DNA of 64,000 nucleotides, taken from Eledone cirrhosa. Lineage: Eukaryota. A program made the translations under genes and the position numbers. The notes beneath the pieces were generated by a model that was given only the letters and a program-made list of their open reading frames with translations, ran no database searches and was not told the origin of the DNA. How positions within the stretch are numbered: position 1 is the first letter of the stretch; each line of letters opens with the position of its first letter. Positions 1 through 13,135 of this stretch are shown here, piece after piece. Location of the stretch: positions 271,002,001 through 271,066,000 of the forward strand of contig OZ024743.1 of the NCBI GenBank assembly GCA_964016885.1, in the 5' to 3' direction.

Positions 1-3000
1 ACAGTAGTCTCGACTTTTGTATTGTTAACTACACTAGTCTCGACTTTTGTATTGTTGTTAACTACAGTAGTCTAGACTTTTGTATTGTTGTTAACTACAG
101 TAGTCTAGACTTTTGTATTGTTGTTAACTACAGTAGTCTAGACTTTTGTATTGTTGTTAACTACAGTAGTCTCGACTTTTGTATTGTTGTTAACTACAGT
201 AGTCTAGACTTTTGTATTGTTGTTAACTACAGTAGTCTCGACTTTTGTATTGTTGTTCACTACACTAGTCTCGACTTTTGTATTGTTGTTAACTACAGTA
301 GTCTCGACTTTTGTATCGTTGTTAACTACAGTAGTCTCGACTTTTGTATTGTTAACTACACTAGTCTCGACTTTTGTATCGTTGTTCACTACACTAGTCT
401 CGACTTTTGTATTGTTGTTAACTACAGTAGTCTAGACTTTTGTATTGTTGTTAACTACAGTAATCTCGACTTTTGTATTGTTGTTAACTACACTAGTCTC
501 GACTTTTGTATTGTTGTTCACTACACTAGTCTCGACTTTTGTATTGTTAACTACAGTGGTCTCGACTTTTGTATCGTTGTTAACTACAGTAGTCTCGACT
601 TTTGTATTGTTAACTACACTAGTCTCGACTTTTGTATTGTTGTTAACTACAGTAGTCTCGACTTTTGTATCGTTGTTCACTACACTAGTCTCGACTTTTG
701 TATTGTTGTTAACTACAGTAGTCTCGACTTTTGTATTGTTGTTCACTACAGTAGTCTCGACTTTTGTATTGTTGTTAACTACAGTAGTCTCGACTTTTGT
801 ATTGTTGTTAACTACAGTAGTCTCGACTTTTGTATTGTTGTTCACTACACTAGTCTCGACTTTTGTATTGTTGTTCACTACAGTAGTCTAGACTTTTGTA
901 TTGTTAACTACACTATTCTCGACTTTTGTATTGTTGTTCACTACAGTAGTCTCGACTTTTGTATTGTTGTTCACTACAGTAGTCTAGACTTATGTATTGT
1001 TGTTAACTACAGTAGTCTCGACTTTTGTATTGTTGTTCACTACACTAGTCTCGACTTTTGTATTGTTGTTCACTACAGTAGTCTAGACTTTTGTATTGTT
1101 AACTACACTATTCTCGACTTTTGTATTGTTGTTAACTACAGTAGTCTCGACTTTTGTATTGTTGTTAACTACAGTAGTCTCGACTTTTGTATTGTTGTTA
1201 ACTACAGTAGTCTCGACTTTTGTATTGTTAACTACACTAGTCTCGACTTTTGTATTGTTGTTAACTACAGTAGTCTCGACTTTTGTATCGTTGTTCACTA
1301 CACTAGTCTCGATTTTTGTATTGTTGTTAACTACAGTAGTCTCGACTTTTGTATTGTTGTTAACTACAGTAGTCTCGACTTTTGTATTGTTGTTAACTAC
1401 AGTAGTCTCGACTTTTGTATCGTTGTTAACTACAGTAGTCTCGACTTTTGTATTGTTGTTAACTACAGTAGTCTAGACTTTTGTATTGTTAACTACAGTA
1501 GTCTCGACTTTTGTATTGTTGTTAACTACACTAGTCTCGACTTTTGTATTGTTGTTCACTACAGTAGTCTCGACTTTTGTATTGTTGCTAACTACAGTAG
1601 TCTAGACTTTTGTATTGTTAACTACAGTAGTCTAGACTTTTGTATTGTTGTTAACTACAGTAGTCTCGACTTTTGTATTGTTGTTCACTACAGTAGTCTC
1701 GACTTTTGTATTGTTGTTAACTACAGTAGTCTCGACTTTTGTATTGTTGTTAACTACAGTAGTCTCGACTTTTGTATTGTTGTTCACTACAGTAGTCTCG
1801 ACTTTTGTATTGTTGTTAACTACAGTAATCTCGACTTTTGTATTGTTGTTCACTACAGTAGTCTCGACTTTTGTATTGTTGTTCACTACACTAGTCTAGA
1901 CTTTTGTATTGTTGTTCACTACAGTAGTCTAGACTTGTATTGTTGTTCACTACAGTAGTCTCGACTTTTGTATTGTTGCTAACTACAGTAGTCTCGACTT
2001 TTGTATTGTTGTTAACTACACTAGTCTCGACTTTTGTATTGTTTTTCACTACACTAGTCTCGACTTTTGTATTGTTGTTAACTACAGTAGTCTCGACTTT
2101 TGTATTGTTGTTAACTACAGTAGTCTCGACTTTTGTATTGTTGTTCACTACAGTAGTCTAGACTTTTGTATTGTTGCTAACTACAGTAGTCTAGACTTTT
2201 GTATTGTTGTTAACTACAGTAGTCTCGACTTTTGTATTGTTGTTAACTACAGTAGTCTCGACTTTTGTATTGTTGTTAACTACAGTAGTCTCGACTTTTG
2301 TATTGTTGCTAACTACAGTAGTCTAGACTTTTGTATTGTTGTTCACTACAGTAGTCGACTTTTGTATTGTTGTTCACTACAGTAGTCGACTTTTGTATTG
2401 TTGTTCACTACAGTAGTCGACTTTTGTATTGTTGTTCACTACACTAGTCTCGACTTTTGTATTGTTGCTAACTACAGTAGTCTAGACTTTTATATTGTTG
2501 TTCACTACAGTAGTCTCGACTTTTGTATTGTTGTTCACTACACTAGTCTCGACTTTTGTATTGTTGTTAACTACAGTAGTCTCGACTTTTGTATTGTTGC
2601 TAACTACAGTAGTCTAGACTTTTGTATTGTTGTTCACTACAGTAGTCTCGACTTTTGTATTGTTGTTCACTACACTAGTCTCGACTTTTGTATTGTTGTT
2701 AACTACAGTAGTCTCGACTTTTGTATTGTTGTTAACTACAGTAGTCTCGACTTTTGTATTGTTGTTCACTACAGTAGTCTCGACTTTTGTATTGTTGTTC
2801 ACTACAGTAGTCTCGACTTTTGTATTGTTGTTCACTACAGTAGTCTAGACTTTTGTATTGTTGTTAACTACAGTAGTCTCGACTTTTGTATTGTTGCTAT
2901 CTACAGTAGTCTCGACTTTTGTATTGTTCACTACAGTAGTCTCGACTTTTGTATTGTTGTTCACTACAGTAGTCTCGACTTTTGTATTGTTGTTCACTAC

Positions 3001-6000
3001 AGTAGTCTCGACTTTTGTATTGTTGTTCACTACAGTAGTCTAGACTTTTGTATTGTTGTTAACTACAGTAGTCTCGACTTTTGTATTGTTGCTATCTACA
3101 GTAGTCTCGACTTTTGTATTGTTGTTCACTACACTAGTCTAGACTTTTGTATTGTTGTTCACTACAGTAGTCTCGACTTTTGTATTGTTGCTATCTACAG
3201 TAGTCTCGACTTTTGTATTGTTGTTCACTACACTAGTCTCGACTTTTGTATTGTTGTTAACTACAGTAGTCTAGACTTTTGTATTGTTGTTCACTACACT
3301 AGTCTCGACTTTTGTATTGTTGTTAACTACCGTAGTCTAGACTTGTATTGTTGTTCACTACACTAGTCTCGACTTTTGTATTGTTGTTCACTACACTAGT
3401 CTCGACTTTTGTATTGTTGTTCACTACACTAGTCTCGACTTTTGTATTGTTGTTAACTTCAGTAGTCTAGACTTTTGTATTGTTGTTCACTACACTAGTC
3501 TCGACTTTTGTATTGTTGTTCACTACAGTAGTCTCGACTTTTGTATTGTTGTTCACTACACTAGTCTTGACTTTTGTATTGTTGTTAACTACAGTAGTCT
3601 CGACTTTTGTATCGTTGTTAACTACAGTAGTCTAGACTTTTGTATTGTTGTTAACTACAGTAGTCTAGACTTTTGTATTGTTGCTAACTACAGTAGTCTC
3701 GACTTTTGTATTGTTGCTAACTACACTAGTCTCGACTTTTGTATTGTTGTTAACTACAGTAGTCTCGACTTTTGTATTGTTGTTCACTACACTAGTCTCG
3801 ACTTTTGTATTGTTGTTAACTACAGTAGTCTAGACTTTTGTATTGTTGTTAACTACACTAGTCTCGACTTTTGTATTGTTGTTCACTACACTAGTCTCGA
3901 CTTTTGTATTGTTGTTAACTACAGTAGTCTAAACTTTTGTATTGTTGTTAACTACAGTAGTCTAGACTTTTGTATTGTTGTTCACTACAGTAGTCTAGAC
4001 TTTTGTATTGTTGTTAACTACAGTAGTCTCGACTTTTGTATTGTTGTTAACTACACTAGTCTCGACTTTTGTATTGTTGTTAACTACAGTAGTCTCGACT
4101 TTTGTATTGTTGTTAACTACAGTAGTCTCGACTTTTGTATTGTTGTTAACTACACTAGTCTAGACTTTTGTATTGTTGTTAACTACAGTAGTCTCGACTT
4201 TTGTATTGTTGTTAACTACAGTAGTCTCGACTTTTGTATTGTTGTTAACTACACTAGTCTAGACTTTTGTATTGTTGTTCACTACAGTAGTCTAGACTTT
4301 TGTATTGTTGTTAACTACAGTAGTCTCGACTTTTGTATTGTTGTTAACTACACTAGTCTCGACTTTTGTATTGTTGTTAACTACAGTAGTCTCGACTTTT
4401 GTATTGTTGTTAACTACAGTAGTCTCGACTTTTGTATTGTTGTTAACTACAGTAGTCTCGACTTTTGTATTGTTGTTCACTACACTAGTCTCGACTTTTG
4501 TATTGTTGTTAACTACAGTAGTCTAGACTTTTGTATTGTTGTTAACTACAGTAATCTCGACTTTTGTATTTTTGTTAACTACACTAGTCTCGACTTTTGT
4601 ATTGTTGTTCACTACACTAGTCTCGACTTTTGTATTGTTGTTAACTACAGTGGTCTCGACTTTTGTATCGTTGTTAACTACAGTAGTCTCGACTTTTGTA
4701 TTGTTAACTACACTAGTCTCGACTTTTGTATTGTTGTTAACTACAGTAGTCTCGACTTTTGTTTCGTTGTTCACTACACTAGTCTCGACTTTTGTATTGT
4801 TGTTAACTACAGTAGTCTCGACTTTTGTATTGTTGTTCACTACAGTAGTCTCGACTTTTGTATTGTTGTTAACTACAGTAGTCTCGACTTTTGTATTGTT
4901 GTTAACTACAGTAGTCTCGACTTTTGTATTGTTGTTCACTACACTAGTCTCGACTTTTGTATTGTTGTTCACTACAGTAGTCTAGACTTTTGTATTGTTA
5001 ACTACACTATTCTCGACTTTTGTATTGTTGTTCACTACAGTAGTCTCGACTTTTGTATTGTTGTTCACTACAGTAGTCTAGACTTTTGTATTGTTGTTAA
5101 CTACAGTAGTCTCTACTTTTGTATTGTTGTTCACTACACTAGTCTCGACTTTTGTATTGTTGTTCACTACAGTAGTCTAGACTTTTGTATTGTTAACTAC
5201 ACTATTCTCGACTTTTGTATTGTTGTTAACTACAGTAGTTAGACTTTTGTATTGTTGTTAACTACAGTAGTCTCGACTTTTGTATTGTTGTTAACTACAG
5301 TAGTCTCGACTTTTGTATTGTTAACTACACTAGTCTCGACTTTTGTATTGTTGTTAACTACAGTAGTCTCGACTTTTGTATCGTTGTTCACTACACTAGT
5401 CTCGACTTTTGTATTGTTGTTAACTACAGTAGTCTCGACTTTTGTATTGTTGTTAACTACAGTAGTCTCGACTTTTGTATTGTTGTTAACTACAGTAGTC
5501 TCGACTTTTGTATCGTTGTTAACTACAGTAGTCTAGACTTTTGTATTGTTGTTAACTACAGTAGTCTAGACTTTTGTATTGTTGTTAACTACAGTAGTCT
5601 CGACTTTTGTATTGTTGTTAACTACACTAGTCTCGACTTTTGTATTGTTGTTCACTACAGTAGTCTCGACTTTTGTATTGTTGCTAACTACAGTAGTCTA
5701 GACTTTTGTATTGTTAACTACAGTAGTCTAGACTTTTGTATTGTTGTTAACTACAGTAGTCTCGACTTTTGTATTGTTGTTCACTACAGTAGTCTCGACT
5801 TTTGTATTGTTGTTAACTACAGTAGTCTCGACTTTTGTATTGTTGTTAACTACAGTAGTCTCGACTTTTGTATTGTTGTTCACTACAGTAGTCTCGACTT
5901 TTGTATTGTTGTTAACTACACTAGTCTCGACTTTTGTATTGTTGTTCACTACAGTAGTCTCGACTTTTGTATTGTTGTTCACTACACTAGTCTAGACTTT

Positions 6001-9000
6001 TGTATTGTTGTTCACTACAGTAGTCTAGACTTGTATTGTTGTTCACTACAGTAGTCTCGACTTTTGTATTGTTGCTAACTACAGTAGTCTCGACTTTTGT
6101 ATTGTTGTTAACTACACTAGTCTCGACTTTTGTATTGTTTTTCACTACACTAGTCTCGACTTTTGTATTGTTGTTAACTACAGTAGTCTCGACTTTTGTA
6201 TTGTTGTTAACTACAGTAGTCTCGACTTTTGTATTGTTGTTCACTACAGTAGTCTAGACTTTTGTATTGTTGCTAACTACAGTAGTCTAGACTTTTGTAT
6301 TGTTGTTAACTACAGTAGTCTCGACTTTTGTATTGTTGTTAACTACAGTAGTCTCGACTTTTGTATTGTTGTTAACTACAGTAGTCTCGACTTTTGTATT
6401 GTTGCTAACTACAGTAGTCTAGACTTTTGTATTGTTGTTCACTACAGTAGTCGACTTTTGTATTGTTGTTCACTACAGTAGTCGACTTTTGTATTGTTGT
6501 TCACTACACTAGTCTCGACTTTTGTATTGTTGCTAACTACAGTAGTCTAGACTTTTATATTGTTGTTCACTACAGTAGTCTAGACTTTTGTATTGTTGTT
6601 CACTACAGTAGTCTCGACTTTTGTATTGTTGTTCACTACACTAGTCTCGACTTTTGTATTGTTGTTAACTACAGTAGTCTCGACTTTTGTATTGTTGTTA
6701 ACTACAGTAGTCTCGACTTTTGTATTGTTGTTCACTACAGTAGTCTCGACTTTTGTATTGTTGTTCACTACAGTAGTCTCGACTTTTGTATTGTTGTTCA
6801 CTACAGTAGTCTAGACTTTTGTATTGTTGTTAACTACAGTAGTCTCGACTTTTGTATTGTTGCTATCTACAGTAGTCTCGACTTTTGTATTGTTGTTCAC
6901 TACAGTAGTCTCGACTTTTGTATTGTTGTTCACTACAGTAGTCTCGACTTTTGTATTGTTGTTCACTACAGTAGTCTCGACTTTTGTATTGTTGTTCACT
7001 ACAGTAGTCTAGACTTTTGTATTGTTGTTAACTACAGTAGTCTCGACTTTTGTATTGTTGTTAACTACAGTAGTCTCGACTTTTGTATTGTTGCTATCTA
7101 CAGTAGTCTCGACTTTTGTATTGTTGTTCACTACACTAGTCTAGACTTTTGTATTGTTGTTCACTACAGTAGTCTCGACTTTTGTATTGTTGCTATCTAC
7201 AGTAGTCTCGACTTTTGTATTGTTGTTCACTACACTAGTCTCGACTTTTGTATTGTTGTTAACTACAGTAGTCTAGACTTTTGTATTGTTGTTCACTACA
7301 CTAGTCTCGACTTTTGTATTGTTGCTAACTACAGTAGTCTAGACTTTTGTATTGTTGTTAACTACAGTAGTCTAGACTTGTATTGTTGTTCACTACACTA
7401 GTCTCGACTTTTGTATTGTTGTTCACTACACTAGTCTCGACTTTTGTATTGTTGTTCACTACACTAGTCTCGACTTTTGTATTGTTGTTAACTTCAGTAG
7501 TCTAGACTTTTGTATTGTTGTTCACTACACTAGTCTCGACTTTTGTATTGTTGTTCACTACAGTAGTCTCGACTTTTGTATTGTTGTTCACTACACTAGT
7601 CTTGACTTTTGTATTGTTGTTAACTACAGTAGTCTCGACTTTTGTATCGTTGTTAACTACAGTAGTCTAGACTTTTGTATTGTTGTTAACTACAGTAGTC
7701 TAGACTTTTGTATTGTTGTTAACTACAGTAGTCTCGACTTTTGTATCGTTGTTAACTACAGTAGTCTCAACTTTTGTATTGTTGCTATCTACAGTAGTCT
7801 CGACTTTTGTATTGTTGTTAACTACAGTAGTCTCGACTTTTGTATTGTTGTTAACTACACTAGTCTCGACTTTTGTATTGTTGTTAACTACAGTAGTCTA
7901 GACTTTTGTATTGTTGTTAACTACAGTAGTCTCGACTTTTGTATCGTTGTTAACTACAGTAGTCTCAACTTTTGTATTGTTGCTATCTACAGTAGTCTCG
8001 ACTTTTGTATTGTTGTTAACTACAGTAGTCTCGACTTTTGTATTGTTGTTAACTACACTAGTCTCGACTTTTGTATTGTTGTTAACTACAGTAGTCTAGA
8101 CTTTTGTATTGTTGTTAACTACAGTAGTCTAGACTTTTGTATTGTTGCTCACTACAGTAGTCTCGACTTTTGTATTGTTGTTAACTACAGTAGTCTAGAC
8201 ATTTGTATTGTTGTTAACTACAGTAGTCTCGACTTTTGTATTGTTGTTCACTACACTAGTCTCGACTTTTGTATTGTTGTTAACTACAGTAGTCTAGACT
8301 TTTGTATTGTTGTTAACTACAGTAGTCTAGACTTTTGTATTGTTGTTCACTACACTAGTCTCGACTTTTGTATTGTTGTTCACTACACTAGTCTCGACTT
8401 TTGTATTGTTGTTCACTACAGTAGTCTAGACTTTTGTATTGTTGTTCACTACACTAGTCTCGACTTTTGTATTGTTGTTCACTACACTAGTCTCGACTTT
8501 TGTATTGTTGTTAACTACAGTAGTCTAGACTTTTGTATTGTTGTTCACTACACTAGTCTCGACTTTTGTATTGTTGTTCACTACACTAGTCTCGACTTTT
8601 GTATTGTTGTTCACTACACTAGTCTCGACTTTTGTATTGTTGTTCACTACAGTAGTCTAGACTTTTGTATTGTTGTTAACTACAGTAGTCTAGACTTTTG
8701 TATTGTTGTTCACTACACTAGTCTCGACTTTTGTATTGTTGTTAACTACAGTAGTCTCGACTTTTGTATTGTTGTTAACTACACTAGTCTCGACTTTTGT
8801 ATTGTTGTTAACTACAGTAGTCTAGACTTTTGTATTGTTGTTAACTACAGTAGTCTAGACTTTTGTATTGTTGTTAACTTCAGTAGTCTCGACTTTTGTA
8901 TTGTTGCTAACTACAGTAGTCTAGACTTTTGTATTGTTGTTCACTACAGTAGTCTCGACTTTTGTATTGTTGTTCACTACACTAGTCTCGACTTTTGTAT

Positions 9001-9675
9001 TGTTGTTAACTACAGTAGTCTCGACTTTTGTATTGTTGTTCACTACAGTAGTCTCAACTTTTTGTATTGTTGTTAACTACAGTAGTCTCGACTTTTGTAT
9101 TGTTGTTCACTACACTAGTCTCGACTTTTGTATTGTTGCTAACTACAGTAGTCTAGACTTTTGTATTGTTGTTCACTACAGTAGTCTCGACTTTTGTATT
9201 GTTGTTCACTACAGTAGTCTAGACTTTTGTATTGTTGTTAACTACAGTAGTCTCGACTTTTGTATTGTTGCTAACTACAGTAGTCTCGACTTTTGTATTG
9301 TTGTTAACTACAGTAGTCTCGACTTTTGTATTGTTGTTCACTACACTAGTCTCGACTTTTGTATTGTTGCTAACTACAGTAGTCTAGACTTTTGTATTGT
9401 TGCTAACTACAGTAGTCTCGACTTTTGTATTGTTGTTCACTACACTAGTCTCGACTTTTGTATTGTTGCTAACTACAGTAGTCTAGACTTTTGTATTGTT
9501 GCTAACTACAGTAGTCTCGACTTTTGTATTGTTGTTCACTACACTAGTCTCGACTTTTGTATTGTTGCTAACTACAGTAGTCTAGACTTTTGTATTGTTG
9601 TTCACTACACTAGTCTCGACTTTTGTATTGTTGCTAACTACAGTAGTCTAGACTTTTGTATTGTTGCTAACTACA
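1..9675. repeat. 33-bp tandem satellite, consensus ACAGTAGTCTCGACTTTTGTATTGTTGTTAACT, about 290 monomers, running off the window start
   Basis: Directly visible period of 33 with occasional 30- and 31-bp monomers and a few recurring variant positions (TTAA/TTCA/CTAA, CAG/CAC, TCG/TAG). Degenerate units trail to about 9795. Confidence 0.98.
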
Positions 9676-9827
9676 ACACTGCCAGCTCTTGTGTCGTTAC
9701 TAACTACAACACTGTCAGTTTTAATGTTTTTTGCTAATTACAGCTGTGTCAGTTCTAGTGTTGTTGCTAACGAGTGTTGTAATGTTGCTAACTGTTAAGG
9801 GCAGACATATTGTATATACAGATATAT

Positions 9828-10075
9828 CATCATCATCGTTTGTCTGTTTTCCTCGCTAGCATGGGTTAAACGAGTTTGTCCCAATAGAGGGAAGTTGGGT
9901 CAGGTGACTGTTTTTGGCTGGTTTTCTATGGCTGGATGCCCTTCCTAACACTAACCACATTTACAGTGTGTGCTGGGTGCTTTTTGTTGTGACTCCTACA
10001 TGTTCACTTTACAATGTTGGCTGGATGCTTTTTGTCATGACACCTACGCGACCACTTTACAGTGGGAGGGTGTGG
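9828..10075 (-). mobile_element. SINE/LINE-tail family C fragment ((GAT)n-tailed)
   Basis: CATCATCATCGTTT...GCATGGGTT...GCTGGATGCCCTTCCTAAC is the reverse complement of the copies at 24010-24288 and 36976-37122. Confidence 0.7.
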
Positions 10076-10140
10076 TGAGTCATACTCTATATATGCTTCA
10101 GCTTTGGCCTGTGCCCATGGGAAGTAGATATATATACTTG

Positions 10141-10330
10141 AAGGCACATGGCCTAATGCTTGACTCACAATCATAAGGCAATGAGTTTAATTCCTGGACT
10201 GGGTGACACGTTGATGTCTTCAGCATGACACTTCATTTAATGTGGCCTTTCATGATAGGACTGGGGCTCCTATCATCTAAACACCCAAGAAACCTATGAG
10301 ATGCTATCTCGTGGGCAGCTAAACCAGACA
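10141..10330 (+). mobile_element. tRNA-derived SINE family B, degenerate
   Basis: Head AAGGCACATGGCCTAATG...GAGTTTAATTCC resembles 41787. The tail GATAGGACTGGGGCTCCTATC recurs at about 53288. Confidence 0.55.
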
Positions 10331-11474
10331 ACCAACTGTCCTGTCAAGTCCAGTCCAGTTATCTGGATACCAACTTGTCTGGTTGTTTGATAGGTCAGTG
10401 TACATTGCATTGTTAAAGTAAACAACTTTCTCTGGACACTGGACATGGCTACCTTGACAACAGTAGCTGATGTGGTCAGACTGTTTGACTATGCTATACA
10501 ACAAAATAAAGGATTGTTTGTGAGATATAGTATGTGTGCCTGTGTATTTGAGAGCATGTGCGTGTGTCTGTGTGTGAAAGAGAATGTCTGTTTGTCTGAC
10601 TATGTGGATGTAACTGTGTGCTTACATGTTTGAGAGAAGCAATCTTTGTTATAGTGATGTGTATGAGAGTGTATGTAGCTATGTATATGTGTGCATGCAA
10701 TTATCTGAGTGTTCAGTGTAGTGTTCATGATTCAGACATGGTTAAGTGGGTAAGAAATGCTGTTTTGCAATCCTCAGATCCTGGGTGACACCTTGAGCAG
10801 GTATCTTTTACTGTATCCTTGAGTCATCTTAAACCTTAAAAATGGAATTGGGTAGGCAGAAACTGTTTGGAAGCCTGTCAAATCAATTGTATCTGTAATC
10901 CAAAGGTGCAGCTTTTTTACATCGTGCTAGGCTGATACTGCCTAAAGAAAGCAAGATTTACATTAAGGGTCAGCATGTCTGTGGAATACTCAGCCAAATA
11001 GGCTATAACACAAAGACTAGTATACCCATTGTCATACTCACTGGAAATCCATTTTACAGTGTAGACCAGAGATCTTATACTCAATGACTCAAAAGGGCCA
11101 TTTTGTCCTGGAGAAGAGGCACCGAGGGCCAAAGGTGAGATGAGGTGGTGGAGGGATGTGATTTCCACCAGTTATAATGCTAATCTGCAATAAAGCTGAT
11201 AAACTACTATTTTTTTTGTTTTCTATCAAAATGAATATACACAAGATAGTGGGATATATGAATTAGTACAAAATATATGAGGACAAATTTTCCGTTTCAA
11301 ATTTTACTTAATTAGTCATGAAAATTGTTCTGACGCAATCCATAGAAAAGTAGCCGCATGTTTGAGACTCTTGGTATTGACTAATCAAGATGAAAAATAT
11401 GAGGTTTGATGAATATCATGTATTACCTATGATTTTCTAATCAATTTGAAAATAATCCATGTGTTAGTGACACA

Positions 11475-11730
11475 ACAAAAAGTGCCCAGTCCACACTGTA
11501 AAGTGGTCGTGCTGGTGTCACAATAAAAAGCGCCCAGTCCACACTGTAAAGTGGTTGTTTAGGTGCCACAATAAAAATGTGGTTGACATTAGGAAGCGCT
11601 TCCAGCCATAGAAACTAAGTCAGAAACAGTTCTGTATGAGCATGGCACAGTCATCTGATTCACTTGTCTCACAACAGGACAACTCGTCCTACCCATGGAT
11701 GTTAAAATGGATGTTAAACGGTGATGATGA
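11475..11730 (+). mobile_element. Family C fragment with internal short duplication
   Basis: CCACACTGTAAAGTGGT occurs twice, then TTAGGAAG...TCCAGCC, ending in GTTAAACGGTGATGATGA. Confidence 0.65.
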
Positions 11731-12150
11731 TTTTAGAGGGATTTAGTAATATAACTAACTTTCTCGTTATTAAGCTGGTGTTTTAGAGTTTAGATGAATA
11801 TTAAACAGCCTTGTATAATAAAAGCAGGGTTGGTTTTAGGCTATTTTATATCGATATGGTTAAATTATTTTGATAATAATGAAGAATTTTATATAACTTT
11901 CTCATTAAGCTGATTTTTTAAACATAACTTTAAGTTACGTTCTAACATGAAATCACAGCAGGTTTTTAGATAAATATAAATATTTTAAAATAAACAGTTT
12001 CTCATATTTTACAATGAGGCCTGTTTTCAGAATGTTTGATATCAAAAGACTTAAATCATTGTCACCTCTTTAACCCTTTCCTCACACATTTCCAATGATT
12101 TTCAATTCATTTTGAAAATAATGCAAAATTTAGAGGAATTAACTTATTAA

Positions 12151-12348
12151 CTCTTTAGCATTTAAACCAGCTGTATTTGGCCAGAATTCTCTCACCTCTT
12201 TCTGTTCAAACCGGCTGCTCATACTTATGTTAAGATATTGTTCTCAAAATAAATATCATCAAAATCTCGTAGATTCGATATTATGTGAGATAAAGTGATT
12301 ATCGTGAAAATACAATAGTAAATATAGAGTAATGTAAATGCTCAAGGG
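12151..12348 (+). mobile_element. TTAA-flanked MITE (piggyBac-like non-autonomous), family M1
   Basis: TTAA|CTCTTTAGCATTTA ... TAAATGCTCAAGGG|TTAA. The interior matches 16043-16250 (inverted) and 17284-17978. Confidence 0.8.
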
Positions 12349-12360
12349 TTAAACTGGAGT

Positions 12361-12565
12361 AGGGCAGTGGATTGGCAGAATCGGTAGAGCATCAGACAAA
12401 ATGCGTTCTACGTTTTAAATTCAAATACCACCAAGGTCAACTTTGCTTTTCATCTTTCCAGGGTCAATAAAATAAAATAGCAGTTAAGTACTGAGGTCGA
12501 TATGATTGACTTTCTCCTTCCCCACAAATTGCTGGCCTTGTGCCAAATGTTAGAAAAAATTATTA
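12361..12565 (+). mobile_element. tRNA-derived SINE family A
   Basis: A-box-like TGGCAGAATCGG, B-box-like TTCAAATACC, core GGTCAACTTTGCTTTTCATCTTTCCAGGGTCAATAAAAT, tail GCTGGCCTTGTGCCAAA. Confidence 0.8.
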
Positions 12566-12849
12566 AACTGGTGTTTTGAGTATAACTCAAGAAAGAGGTT
12601 CTTACTTTCCTCTTCCTTCTCCTCCTCCCCTCATTCATTCCTAGCTTTCTCATTCCTCCCTTTCCTCTTCATTTCATCACTATTTCTTCCTTTCTCTCTG
12701 ACACCACACCCCACAGCCACCACCATGCACTTCTCATTTATCTAATTTTCCATCTCTCTTTCACTTTCTTTCTCATTCACACACTCTGTCACTCTCTCTT
12801 TCACTCACTCTCTCTATCACTTTTTCACTCTCTCTTTCTCTCACCCACC

Positions 12850-13096
12850 ATTATCATCTTCACCACATTAAGATCATCAGCATCACCACTATCACCATCT
12901 CATCAATCATCATTATCTTCATCATTATCACTACCACTACCATCATCATCACTATCATCAGCTTACCACCATCATCATCACCACTATCTTCATCATTATC
13001 ACAACCACCATCATCATTATCACCCCCATCATCATCAACATCACTATCATCACCATCATCACGACTATCATCATCATCATCATCACTACTATCATC

Positions 13097-13128
<32 letters not shown>

Positions 13129-13135
13129 CATCATC
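12850..13135. repeat. (CAT)n-based degenerate microsatellite
   Basis: Visible trinucleotide runs. Explains the poly-Asp and poly-Met ORFs. Confidence 0.9.

Noticed and set aside
1-9675. CRISPR-like 33-bp partially palindromic repeats
   Set aside because: Units are contiguous with no unique spacers, there are no cas genes, and the context is eukaryotic.
204-9737. Repeat ORFs (VNNNTKVETTV, SLDFCIVVHYS, STFVLLLTTVV)
   Set aside because: Frequent TAG variants and 31/34-bp frameshifting monomers break the frames; this is an artefact of the 33-bp period.
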